From Felis catus (taxonomy: Eukaryota), in the NCBI RefSeq assembly GCF_018350175.1, contig NC_058376.1, positions 137,950,001 to 138,014,000 on the forward strand: a stretch of 64,000 bases of DNA. Reading direction: 5' to 3'. Below, piece by piece: positions 1 through 11,278 of this stretch. Both the position numbers and the translations under genes were made by a program. Under the pieces are notes generated by a model, which did no database searches, was not told where the DNA came from, and worked only from the letters and a program-made list of their open reading frames with translations. Every line of letters begins with the position of its first letter. The stretch's first letter is position 1.

Positions 1-64
1 GTTGCTGGTTATTAAATCATAAGCATTAGTGGAATGTCGGATAACTAAAAATGTAGAATTGACA

Positions 65-295
65 GATAGTGGTTAAAAGTGCGGGCTCTGGATTCAGAAT
101 GCCTAGGTTCAAACCTTTACACAAGTGTAACATGAAACAAGTTATTTTTGACCTATTTTGCTTCTGCTCCCTCTGTTGTAGAATATGGAAAATAAAAGAA
201 TTTACCTGAAAAGGTCGTTATGAAAATAAGTAATATATGGAGGGCAATTACCACAGTAACTGACCCAAAGAAGAGCTTAAACAAATGTCAGTTGT
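65..295 (+). mobile_element. MIR SINE fragment
   Basis: gtggttaaaagtgcgggctctgg...ctaggttcaaacc core followed by a MIR-like 3' part. Confidence 0.7.
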
Positions 296-845
296 TTTTG
301 TTGTTATTTTTACTCTGATCATCTCCACAGCTACTTTTCCCTCTCTTACTCTGCAGATAAAGTTTCATTTTGGGTTTCATGTAGAAGCATCAAAATTCCA
401 TTTACAAACGAAAGTAGTTCCAAATCCAGTTTGCAATAAAACCAAGGTCTGCCATAGCCATTAGTATTAACATTTATAGTCCTTCCTTTATCTTTGTTTA
501 AATTGCCAATAAGTTTCATTCATTCTCATAAGAATGGGTTGGGATTATGAGACTTCACTGAAACAGGCAGGAAAAATCTTTTTAAACATCTTAGCAATGG
601 TAATTCAGACAACCGTGGGATATAATCAGATACCTAATATGAAAATAATTGTGCCATCTTTCATAAACGTAAATCACTGCCAACCACTTTCTTGAGGAGT
701 TACTCTGGGTTGTTTTCCCAGCTGTGCTAAATAGAATTGTGCCGAATAATTTCATTTGATCTGTCCCGCATCCCAAAGCTGGTGTTTTCAGAAGAAAAAG
801 GTTAGAGGAAGAGTAGAGCCCACACTCCACGATGAGTAAAACTGA

Positions 846-913
846 CTTGTCCACACAGGGATTTACTTACCACATTAGCCTCATTAACACACAGCTCTAA
901 CCAATTGAGCTAA
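846..913 (-). mobile_element. Decayed tRNA-Ile(AAT)-derived element (MamSINE1-like head or tRNA pseudogene)
   Basis: Reverse complement TTAGCTCAATTGGTTAGAGCTGTGTGTTAATGAGGCTAATGTGGTAAGTAAATCCCTGTGTGGACA parallels tRNA-Ile TTAGCTCAGTTGGTTAGAGCGTGGTGCTAATAACGCCAAGGTCGCGGGTTCGATCCCCGTACGGGCCA. The B box is degenerate. Confidence 0.65.
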
Positions 914-1209
914 ATAATTAGGGTCGGCTATAGATAGAATTACCATTAATTGTTTTCAGATTTCAATCTCTGGGCCTTTCATTCCAGAATCACTAATTAA
1001 AACAGGGAAGAAAAAAGTGAGAAGTATGGAGTGAATTTATGCTTCATAATCATCTATTACCAAGCCAAATGGCTCATTTATGGAGAATGCTATCCAAATC
1101 AGGTTTTCCAGCAGTAAATATTTAAATTCTAGGCACTTGAGAAAAATGTTGCTAAATAAATTCGAGACATCACTGTTTTGTCTAGTTAACATGTCTTCCC
1201 ATCCTTCTT

Positions 1210-1612
1210 ATGGGAATAGTTCTATCCACCCGCTAACCATTGTAGACTCACGAAGTGCTCTGAGCCTCTTAGGGGAGCTTGCCACGCAGTGCTCATACTC
1301 ATTGGTCTGAGGTGTCAGAAAAGAAGCTAAGAGAGGATGTGTTCTTGACACTCTGGTCTTGGAACTGTTCATAGATAAGCTTAATTGGCTCGCAGCCACA
1401 CAAAGACAAATGAAACCCTCGTGCAGAGGGCAAAGAGGTGAGATGTAGGGAAAGATGAATAGAGAGGCCTAATGGCATTTGAATCCCTTCTTCCATCTAT
1501 CCCTCGCTTTACTCTTCACATTCACATTTACACAGGCTAATAAACTTCCCATTTTTCTTAAACTAATCTAACCTGGGTTCCTGTCACTTGCAATCAAAAT
1601 GTCTTGATTAGT
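1210..1612 (+). mobile_element. MaLR LTR (old MLT1-type)
   Basis: 3' end aataaacttcccatttt...gggttcctgtcacttgcaatcaaaatgtcttgatta is typical of the MLT1 terminus. The 5' boundary is approximate. Confidence 0.6.
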
Positions 1613-1964
1613 AAGCCACTACACCAGGATTACTTTCTTTAAATATTGTTGAAGCTTGCTTCATTTCAAAGACCTTAGAATTACAGGGGCAATTTGAGCA
1701 GTAGTCGTGTCTACAAAAAACATATATAAATATGCGTTAATGTAGAAAATGTGTCTTTACAAAGGCCTCATAGGAAACTTACAGGAGATTGTATTATAAC
1801 AAAGGACAGGCATCTATATAAGAATGCAAATATCCATACATTACTGGATTAAAGAATAAAGCATGACAATGATGCTTCTATGAGTTAACAATATGTCTGC
1901 CACGGATATAAGCACTTCACATCTATCATCACATTTCATTCCACAATAGCTCTGTTAGGGTGAA

Positions 1965-2330
1965 TTCGTTATCTACTGATGTACAACAATTTAACTACAA
2001 ACTCAGCGGCTTAAAGCAACATGCATTTATTATCTGACAGCGTCTGTGGGTCAGGAGTTCAGACACAGCTTAGCTAGGTCTTTTGCAAGACTGCAAGCAA
2101 GGGGTCAGCCTGGGATGCAGCCTCATGTGGGGCATAAATGGGGAAGAATCACTGCTTTCCTGACTTGGCTGCTGGCTGCAGTCAGTTCCTTGGGGCTGTT
2201 GAACTGGGCCTCAGTCCCGCTGGATGTGGGCAGCATGAGGCTGCCCCAAGTACCTCGTTATGGGGATCTCTCTATAAGCAACCCATTAACACGGCAACCT
2301 GCTTTTTCAAAGCCAGTAAGAGAGAAAAAT
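1965..2330 (-). mobile_element. MaLR LTR (MLT1-type)
   Basis: aactcagcggcttaaagcaacatgcatttattatctgacagcgtctgtgggtcaggagttcagacacagcttagct is the characteristic MLT1 antisense end. Confidence 0.75.
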
Positions 2331-3682
2331 AGGAGTATATATTAGCATTTCCCATATGACACATGAGGAGGTTGGGGCGTTTCTTAACAGAGAAGTTGAG
2401 GTGCAGAGTTATATTTCAAATCCAGGCAGCCTGTTTCTACTATTCAACTCTTTATGGAAAAAAGAAAAACTATGTATGGTAAGATCAGTATCAGTCTCAG
2501 ACCTGATGTTCACTAGCTGTGTGAGCTGGGACACAGCTTAACCTCTCCGATCTTCATTTCATTTTCCTTCTATAAGGCAGAAATGATCAATAAAAACATT
2601 TTTATACTTTCTGAAAGTATAAGAATATGGTATCAAAAATATTACCCCATATCCCTATGATATAGAACGAAAACATCCTACTCCTTTCTGCAGCAGTGAT
2701 ACCACGTCCAGCCTTGTTAGGCAGACGGAAATAAAGATAAAAGTAACTGCAGATGATGTGATGCTTCACTATCACCAAGACATGATACTTGAGAACACTG
2801 ACAGCAGGAGAGATGGGTTTGCAAAAATTCACTCACATTTTTTTGCTTGCCGTGCCATGCGATACTTCTATAACGGTTAGACTTCAAGAAACGCCTTTGG
2901 TAATAATAGATGGGAAAATGAAGGAAATCCACATCTAGGGAGCAGCTACTGAAAGTTACCATTGTCCTAGGTAGTTTATTGATGTTATCTCATTTAACTT
3001 TCAAGAAGTTCTCTGAAAGAGTCATTTTTAACTCTCTTTTCAGATTCAAACACTAAGAATCAAGGAGGCTGTATAACTTTTTCCATGTAGAATTTAAACC
3101 CAAGATTTCTTCACGTTGGNNNNNNNNNNNNNNNNNNNNNNNNNNNNNNNNNNNNNNNNNNNNNNNNNNNNNNNNNNNNNNNNNNNNNNNNNNNNNNNNN
3201 NNNNNNNNNNNNNNNNNNNNNNNNNNNNNNNNNNNNNNNNNNNNNNNGAATTCACTCATTTTTTTCAGTTACCAAATCACCAAGGAGTAATTGAGCTTTT
3301 ACATCAGTCACAAATACACAAAAGGAATGAAAAGTCAGATTAAATGTCACAGTATTTTGATACAGAAACCATTGAGTGGGGACTCAAAAGACATCTATCC
3401 TCATCTGGCTGTACAGCTAACTCACCATGTGTCTAAGTTAACTGATTTAAATTCTATAGTCCAAGCCTCAGTTTCTTCTCTATAAACATGGTACCAATCC
3501 CCTCTGCTACAAAGTAGTAACTGGAATCAAATTACTTAAATAAAGCACTATAAATATAAGATATTGTTACAGTCTTGGGCAAACACAATCTTGATCCATT
3601 TAGCTTTAAGTAATAGTCAAAAAACAAACATGTTCATGTGATATCTTCTTTCACCAGAGTACTTAAGAACACTGTGTACTCA

Positions 3683-3892
3683 GGGCACTCGTGTGCTTAA
3701 CGCAGTTGGTTAAGCGTCTGACTTTGGCTCAGGTCATGATCTCACAGTTTGTGAGTTGGAGCTTTGCATCAGTCTCTCTGCTGACAGCTCAGAGAGTCTG
3801 GAGCCTGCTTCAGATTCTGTGCCTCCTCGCCTTCTGCCCCTCCCCCACTCATACTCAGTCTCTCTCTCTAAAAAATAATAAACATTAAAAAA
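3683..3892 (+). mobile_element. SINEC (carnivore tRNA-derived SINE)
   Basis: A/B-box head, CT-rich region, aataaacattaaaa tail; imperfect target-site duplication (TSD) aagaacactgtgta / aagaacactctgta. Confidence 0.9.
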
Positions 3893-3923
3893 AAGAACAC
3901 TCTGTATCCAAGATAACAACTTT

Positions 3924-4143
3924 GGGGGCACCTGGGTGGCTCAGTCGGTTAAGTGTCCAACTTTGGCTCAGGTCATGATCTCCCAGTTTGTGAGTTGGAG
4001 ACAGGGAGGCACAGAATCTGAAGCAGGCTCCAGGCTCTGAGCTGTCAGCACAGGGCCTGACGTGGGGCTTAAACCCACGGACGGCGAGATCACGACCTGA
4101 GCCGAAGTCGGACGCTTAACCAACTGAGCCACCCAGGCATTCC
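3924..4143. mobile_element. Fused inverted SINEC: + strand 5' part (3924-4000) joined directly to a tail-less - strand copy (4001-4143)
   Basis: gggggcacctgggtggctcagtcggttaag...gagttggag switches to acagggaggcacagaatctgaagcaggctcc...ctgagccacccaggcattcc. Confidence 0.85.
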
Positions 4144-4917
4144 TATATTATAATTTTCAATGAAGAGGACTAAAGAAACAAAATCAGTCTTTCCTCCAGT
4201 TTGGTTGACTAAGTTTTTCAAATAACAGTTTTTGAACAGTTTTTCCTTCAACTTCAAAACAACTCACCTTTGGTAGTACAAGGTCAACTTTTAGGATAGT
4301 TGTCAAATGGGGACACTTCTATCTAGTTTCTTCTGTATTTGAGCTATACGATTGAGAGGTAGCTTCCATAGAGCAGTTTCTGGTTCTGCACATTTCAAAC
4401 CTCAGTCCTCCTTTGTTGCACACATACCTTCAGTTTCAGGCTCTTTAGAACTGGTTCATATTGAGATCTAAACCCTGACCTGACATTTCTGCTATTACTC
4501 TGTGCATTATGGGTAAGGAAACCTAACATCTCGTGAAGTTTTGTCAAGAAGACCCTTACTGAACTTTCCAATGTTGTAATTACATACATTCTGTTCTTTA
4601 TTCATTAAATGGCCCTTAAACTCTTAAAGCAATACATACACAGACTTGTATTATCAGATGGGGACAGCGTGAGAATACTGAGGTTGGAAGTTGAAGCCAA
4701 GCATGTGAATGAATCATAAAATACCTGCTCTGTGAGGAAACGGACACACTGGTTCCTCAGCTCATTTCCATGCATGCAAACATCCATGGTTAGTTGAGCA
4801 ATCAATCCCTGCCCCTATATCTCGCTGGACGTAGAAGCCACCTCTATTAGTTTGGAGAGACAAACTACGCAAACAATTAGACTCCAAATATAACAATGAC
4901 TCAGGCACATGGAAGAG

Positions 4918-5014
4918 TTTTTTTTAAAGTAATTTCTACACCCAACATGGGGTTCAAACTCATAACCCAGAGATCAAGAGTCTCATCTCTTCTGACCGAA
5001 CCAGCCAGATCCCC
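4918..5014 (-). mobile_element. Short older SINEC variant
   Basis: tttttaaagtaatttctacacccaacatggggttcaaactcataacccagagatcaagagtc...ccagccag. Confidence 0.7.
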
Positions 5015-5129
5015 TAGGGAAGGTTTATTTATTGTGCATAAGACATTGTAGGGAGGGTGAGCAGGTCTGATGTGAGACTCTCACACATGTGGTCACTCAG
5101 GGACCCTGGATGACAAAGGTTCTACTAGC

Positions 5130-5337
5130 TTTTTTTTTTTTAGTGCTTATTTATTTTTGAGACAGAGAGCGTGAGAAGGGGAGGGGCAGAGAGAGAGGGA
5201 GACGCAGAACCTGAAGCAGGCTCCAGGCTCGGAGCTGTCAGCACAGAAGCCAATGCGGGGCTCAAACTCACTAATCCGTGAGATCATGAGCTGAGCCGAT
5301 GTTGGACGCCCAACCGACTGAGCCATCCAGGCACCCC
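5130..5337 (-). mobile_element. SINEC
   Basis: T-tail, GA-rich region, ctgagccatccaggcacccc end; TSD ggttctac on both sides. Confidence 0.9.
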
Positions 5338-5523
5338 TGGTTCTACCACCTTTGACANNNNNNNNNNNNNNNNNNNNNNNNNNNNNNNNNNNNNNNNNNN
5401 NNNNNNNNNNNNNNNNNNNNNNNNNNNNNNNNNNNNNNNNNNNNNNNNNNNNNNNNNNNNNNNNNNNNNNNNNNNNNNNNNNNNNNNNNNNNNNNNNNNN
5501 NNNNNNNNNNNNNNNNNNNNNNN

Positions 5524-5805
5524 AGGTTTCTCCTGGATCCTCTCTCCTTGACTTTCAGGCGGCCACCTTCTTGCTGTGTCCTCACATGGCCTTCCCTCTA
5601 TATGTCATCCCTGGTGCCTCTGTGTGTCCTAATCTCTTATTATAAGGATGCCAGTCAGATGGGATTAGGGTCCACCCTGAAGGCCTCCTTTTAACTTAAT
5701 TACCTCTTTAGAGGCTTCTCTCCAAATACAGAGGTGCTGGACCTTAGGGCTTCAACATACATTTTTACGTGGCGGGGGGCGGGGCACAGTTCAATCAAAA
5801 CCCAT
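5524..5805 (-). mobile_element. MaLR LTR (MLT1A/B/C-type), partly hidden by the N-run
   Basis: ttgctgtgtcctcacatggcc...tataaggatgccagtcagatgggattagggtccaccct...cacagttcaatc. Confidence 0.8.
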
Positions 5806-6259
5806 TATCCTGGGGGTTCTCTTGATTCTAGTCACACAGACGTGGAAAGGACCATGCGGAAAAATAACACTGGGTGCTTTTTGTTTTCAGCCATGCTGAA
5901 GTACAAAATTATCTCTTGCAGTCCCATTTCCTTCAGCTGAACTTGGACAGTGGCTGTGTCCACAAGGAGAGCTGGGGGATTTAGGACCCCTGGGCAGCCC
6001 GCTCCCAGCAAAAGCCCACACAGGGAAGGCTAGAACACATTTTTGGTGGGCAGGCAGGCAGGCATCCCTGCCACAGCACTGTATTTAAATCGGTAGGTTC
6101 CTCATTCAAATGCAGCAGCGAGTTTTACATAGCAAGAACTCAACGAATACAATTTTATTTCACTTAACTTTGTTTCCTGCTTTCATCTCCTAATATTATT
6201 AATCTTGTCCTCTAGCCACGCCTTGACCTTTTTTTTAAACTCTAAAAGACTAGAGTTTT

Positions 6260-6468
6260 GGGGTACCTGGGTGGCTCAGTCTGTCAAGTGTCCAACTTCA
6301 GCTCAGATCATGATCTCACTGCTTGTGAGTTTGAGCCCCACATCGGGCTCAGTGCTAATAGCTTGGAGCCTGGAGCCTGCTTCGGATTCTCTGTCTCCCT
6401 CTCTCTGCCCCTCCCCTGCTCTCTCTCTCTCTCTCTCGAATATAAAATAAAACATAAAAAAATTTAAA
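6260..6468 (+). mobile_element. SINEC
   Basis: Full-length copy; TSD actagagtttt. Confidence 0.9.
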
Positions 6469-6545
6469 ATACTAGAGTTTTGTTGTTTTTTGCAGTTTTC
6501 CTTTGACTTTCTCTTTCCTTTTACATTTAAAAATCTTTCAATGTT

Positions 6546-6768
6546 GGGGCATCTGGGTGGCTCAGTAGGTTAAGCCTCTGACTTCCACTCAGGTCATGAT
6601 CTCATGGCTTGGCTCATGTGTTCAAACCCCTGTCTGGGAGCTGTGCAGACAGCTCAGAGCCTGGAGCCTGCTTCAGGTTCTGTGTCTCCCTCTCTCTCTG
6701 GCCCTCCCCGGCTAATGCTCTCTCTCTCTCAAAAATAAATAAACATTAATAAAAAATAAAAATAATAT
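6546..6768 (+). mobile_element. SINEC
   Basis: Full-length copy; TSD taaaaatctttca. Confidence 0.9.
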
Positions 6769-7854
6769 AAAAATCTTTCAGTGGTTAGTGTTTCAGGTGG
6801 CTAGACTATCTTATAAAGCCTTTTCTATCTAATCTCTGGAAAGAGGAAGTATACAGAAAGTGAAGAAATTGTGAGTGTGTGTGTGTGCTCACGCGTGTGC
6901 ATGTGCATGTGCATGTGTGTGTTGGAGAGTGATTTAAAAACTCATCAATTTGAAAAGAATTCATTATTCAGTGAAAGAGAGGAAAAGGCATAACAGGCTA
7001 ATCTAAATGAGGCTTGAGGAATCTGAGCAGTTTTATTTACGTAGGATATGAACAGATAACTTTCTGAAAGGCTAATCAGAATTAATGAATAGAAAAATTA
7101 AGGAATAGAATTAATGCCCAGAAAACAGGAAAAGAAAAACTGTAATCAAGCATCAAGTTGTGTTCTATTTAAACAGGCTAAAATCTATGAGAATTTAAAA
7201 AATAAAATCACCTTAAGACTACCCTCTCTCGTAATATTAAAAACACACACACACAAATGAACACAACAAAAGGCTTAAGGATACTACATAGCAATCCTAC
7301 AATACGCACAATGTGATAAAAAAAAATAAAGGTAAAGTGAAGGGGTGACAGCACAGATTATCCGGTTATTTGAGAGTTTGGGGTGGCCACAATTCATGCT
7401 ATTTCCTTGCAAAGGAATCTGGGTAAAAGACATGGGGTAAGGAATGGCTTAATTCTTGTTTACTGTTGGGAATATACAGACATCTGACTCACTGATAGGG
7501 CCAAATTAGTTGCTTCTCCACTGATGCTAAAGATACCCTTCAGTACCTTCCATCAGAAAATCAATTTCCTTGCAGGAGAGTTTTTGAAGGAGGCTGGGGA
7601 ACTTCTATTATGCTAAATAAGTAGTTGCAGCAGAACACATTTTCCTTCCTAAAATGACCTCTGCCAAACAGGGCACATTTACTCTTGCAAATCCCAAATA
7701 TTTTTCAATCCTTTAAATCTAACTAGTTTTTCCATTTAAAAAAAAAAATTAAAAACAGCCCCGGTTCTCCTGCTTGTTTCTTATTGCTTGTTACACCTGG
7801 TAAGTGGTTTGTTAAAGTGTCTCCAAGCAACGCATGCACAGGTCTGGAACAACG

Positions 7855-7856
<2 letters not shown>

Positions 7857-7893
<37 letters not shown>

Positions 7894-7946
7894 TGTGTGT
7901 GTGTCTGTGTGTGTGCACGCGCGTGTGTGTGTGTGCACGCGTGTGC
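7857..7946. repeat. (TG)n compound microsatellite with CGCG interruptions
   Basis: Direct reading. Confidence 0.95.
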
Positions 7947-9105
7947 AAGGCTCACTCCTTGTAGTATCTGGTGTCTAAATGAGTAGTACAAAATACTTCT
8001 TGTGATATCTGTATGCTTCTGATAAAAAAGACAGAAATTACCAACACAGGTCACTTTGAAGCTGGAACTTCAAGGTGTTATAAAAAGAATTTATACATTG
8101 TCATCACCTCTGAATCTGCAATAGTGTTTTTTATTGCAGCAAATAGCCAGATTATTAATTCCTCTTCACTGATTACTTTTTGAAAGGCCTCAACAGAGTC
8201 AGAAGGTACCATCTGACTAAATCCCTAGAACACATTGATTTTGCCCCTACCGTGTATCTTAAAAATACAAACCTGATCTTTTCCTTCTTTGCAAATGCAT
8301 GAATTTCGGCAATCTCCTTTCTGTCCTTGAGACCTGTTCCATCAATAACAATTTCTACATTTATAAGCCTTAATGAGTTGAGTAATAGAGAATTCTGGCT
8401 TCTCTAGCCACTATGGATACCAAATTTTCATTCCTATTTAATATGGTTGAGGGCAAGGTGTCTCAACTCTCATGTGCTCCGAACAATAAGCTAAGTTCTT
8501 CATGAGAGTTTTCTGGTGAGAACTGGGGGCATAATAATGCTGCATGCTAAGAACTGGACTAGGTTCCAAAGAGCAGGGTTTGAATCTAGCTCTGTTATTA
8601 ACTAGCCGTATGTCCTTGAACAAGTCACAGCTCTTAGGACTTCCCCGTGTGCATCTATAAAGTGAGGTATTTGAACACGATACTTCCTAAATAGTTAATG
8701 TGACAGTGTTTTTGTGGCCCAGATATTTCCCTTTGCTTTACGGATATTAATTCACCTCTTCTTCAGAGCAACCCCAGGAGAAGGTACTTTGAGAATCTTT
8801 GTTGAACAGAGGTGGAAAGTTAAGGCACGGTGAGGTTAAGAATCTTGCCCAAGGTCAAAGCAGCAAGTGAGTGGGAAGCAAATTCAAACAGGAATAAATG
8901 CCCTTAGCCATGCTGTTCTGCTGCTAAGGTCCTTCCTAGCACTAATGTGCTCCGATTTATATCAATCTCTCCTACAAGGAACTTAGGTCTACTATCCTTG
9001 ATAAAATTTTTGAGACAAATAACCTGTCATAAGGAAAAGCGCCTGGACCAGGAACCTGGTAACTGACTTCCTCTCCCCCCTTCCTCCCTTAGGAAGTTGT
9101 ATACA

Positions 9106-9327
9106 GGGGTGCCTGGGTGGCTCAGTCGGTTGAGCATCTGGCTGCAGCTCAAGGGCATGATCTCACCGTTTGTGAGTTTGAGCCCCACGTAGGGCTCTGT
9201 GCTGACAGCTCAGAGCCTGAAGCCTGTTTCAGATTCTGTGTCCCCCTCTCTCTCCACTCCACCCCTCCTTGTGCTCTGTCTGTCTTTCAAAAATGAATAA
9301 ACATAAAAAAAGAATTAAAAAAAAAAA
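9106..9327 (+). mobile_element. SINEC
   Basis: Full-length copy; TSD gaagttgtataca. Confidence 0.92.
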
Positions 9328-9497
9328 GAAGTTGTATACAGCCAGGGAGGTTGCCAAGAAGCCTGTTGTGCTACACAACTCCTTGAAATCCCTTCCAGTT
9401 CCCCATTTGTGGGATTTTAGCTCTGAATCAACAACTGGCACATCTCTTATTGTGAATGGAAGCCTAGACTCCCAGGACAATGATTTCTTTCCTCCTC

Positions 9498-10105
9498 TGT
9501 AGTTAGTTGAATGATGGCCTCCCAAAAGATACATCCATATCTGATCCCTGGATCCCCTGGAACCTGGGAATATTTCTTTATACAGCAAAAGAATAAATAT
9601 TGCCTTTTGGGGGGGGGAAGGGTCTTTGTAATGTAATGAAGTTAAGGATTTTGAGGTAAGATTCCCCTGGTGGGCCCTAAAAGCTATGTAACTAGTCACA
9701 GCAAAACACATTCTCTTTCCTAAAAAGACCTCTATAAAACAGGGCGTAGTTAGATTTGCAAACCACAAATACTTCTCTATACTCTACGTCTGACCAATTT
9801 TGCCACAAGACAAAGTAGAAACAGCTCATACAAGTGTACAAACAAAATAGAGGCACAGGGAGATTTCACACATGGGCACACAGAGGAGACTGGAATGATG
9901 TTTCTATAAACCAAGGAAAGGCAAAGGACTGCCAGGAGCCAGCAGAAGCTGGGAAGGGTCCTTTTCCAGAGCCTTCAAAGGCAACAACCCTGCCCATACC
10001 TGATTCCGGACTCCCAGCCTCCAGAAATGGGAGAGAATAAATTTCTACTGTTTTAAGACACCCATTCTAGTAATGTGGTGCAGAAGCCCCCACAAACCAG
10101 AACAG
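9498..10105 (+). mobile_element. MaLR LTR (MLT1C/D-type) with an internal unexplained segment of about 150 bp
   Basis: tgtagttagttgaatgatggcctcccaaaagatacatcc start; ccagcctccagaaatgggagagaataaatttctactgttttaag end. Confidence 0.8.
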
Positions 10106-10353
10106 TACCCCATTCGGGATGAATTAGCTAAGTCAAACAGAGGTATCTGAATCATCTCTATATCCCAATGACTGCAGAGTAAATGAGCAACAAACATAAA
10201 ATCACATCACAGAAGTCAATAGAGTTTGTTGTATAAGTATAAATTAGGGAAACACTAGCAAAGACAGCAATCTTAAATACGGAAAACATCCATCATTAAA
10301 AAAACAGGTCTAACAAATATAAGGTAATGCAGTTGAGAAAACTTGAAATTTAT

Positions 10354-10566
10354 TTACTTGTTTATTTTCTTAAATATTGACTTATTCTTGAGAGACAGAG
10401 TGTGAGCAAGGGAGGGGGAGAGAGAGAGGGAGACACAGAATCTGAAGCAGGCTCCAGGCTCTGAGCTGTCAGCACAGAGCCCAACGTGTGGCTCGAACTC
10501 ACGAACTGCGAGATTGTGACCTGAGCCGAAGTGGGACACTTAACCGACCGAGCCAGCCCAGCGCCC
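10354..10566 (-). mobile_element. SINEC inserted at the tail of the adjacent SINEC
   Basis: Full head; flanked by tgaaatttattt on both sides. Confidence 0.88.
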
Positions 10567-10575
10567 TGAAATTTA

Positions 10576-10752
10576 TTTTTTTAATGCTCATTTATTTTTG
10601 AGAGAGAGAGAGTGTGAGCGGGGAGAGAGAGAGAGAGAAAGAGCAGGGGAGGGGCAGAGAGAGCTAGAGACACAGAGCTGTCCGCACAGAGCCCAACGCA
10701 GGGCTCAAACCCATGAATTGCAAGATCATGATCTGAGCCTCCCCGGTGCCCC
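10576..10752 (-). mobile_element. SINEC with internal deletions
   Basis: Outer TSD tgagaaaacttgaaattta at about 10333 and 10753. Confidence 0.8.
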
Positions 10753-11214
10753 TGAGAAAACTTGAAATTTAAAGCTACCTTCTTCTTGACTTAACCTTTA
10801 TGTGTGTGTGATTATAAATGCAAATATGCATAAGTACACACATTTAGATCCAGCCTGGCATGCTGTAGTTCTTCCTTTCTAAATTCATACTCCACCATCC
10901 AGCCAAAACAACAGTGACAAAACAAATGTGATCATCACATTATTCTCCTTAACACCAGCAATGCTGTGAAACAGAGACTCTTCTTTCATTAAAAATTCCC
11001 TGAAGCCTCTGTTTCTCTGGGGAATGGAAGTAAGAGTTGCAAAACGGCTAGCTGCTTTAACGTTCTTAGCTCAGACTTGCTGAGGGAGTCGTGATGAAGA
11101 AGAACCCGTGACATTCTGAGTCTAACTGAGAAGGAGCTTCTGGGAACTGCATTGTCTCTGGGAAAGAGAAGATAGGAACTCTAGCAATTACATAATTACA
11201 TTCCTTAGGAATTG

Positions 11215-11278
11215 CCCCCTCCCCCCCCACCGTCCGCCCCTCCCCCACAGCCCTCCCCCCCCCCCCCCCCCCCCCCCG
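11215..11278 (-). repeat. Poly-C tract (G-runs on the ZNF385D sense strand; G-quadruplex-capable)
   Basis: ccccctccccccccaccgtccgcccctcccccacagccct followed by a pure C run of more than 20 nt. Confidence 0.85.

Noticed and set aside
6897-6916. Three tandem TGCATG (RBFOX) motifs
   Set aside because: They lie on the plus strand. The ZNF385D pre-mRNA reads CAUGCA repeats, and no exon is nearby.
9229-9768. Longest ORF in the track (179 aa)
   Set aside because: It crosses a SINEC and an MLT1 LTR, has a non-ATG start and shows no protein similarity.
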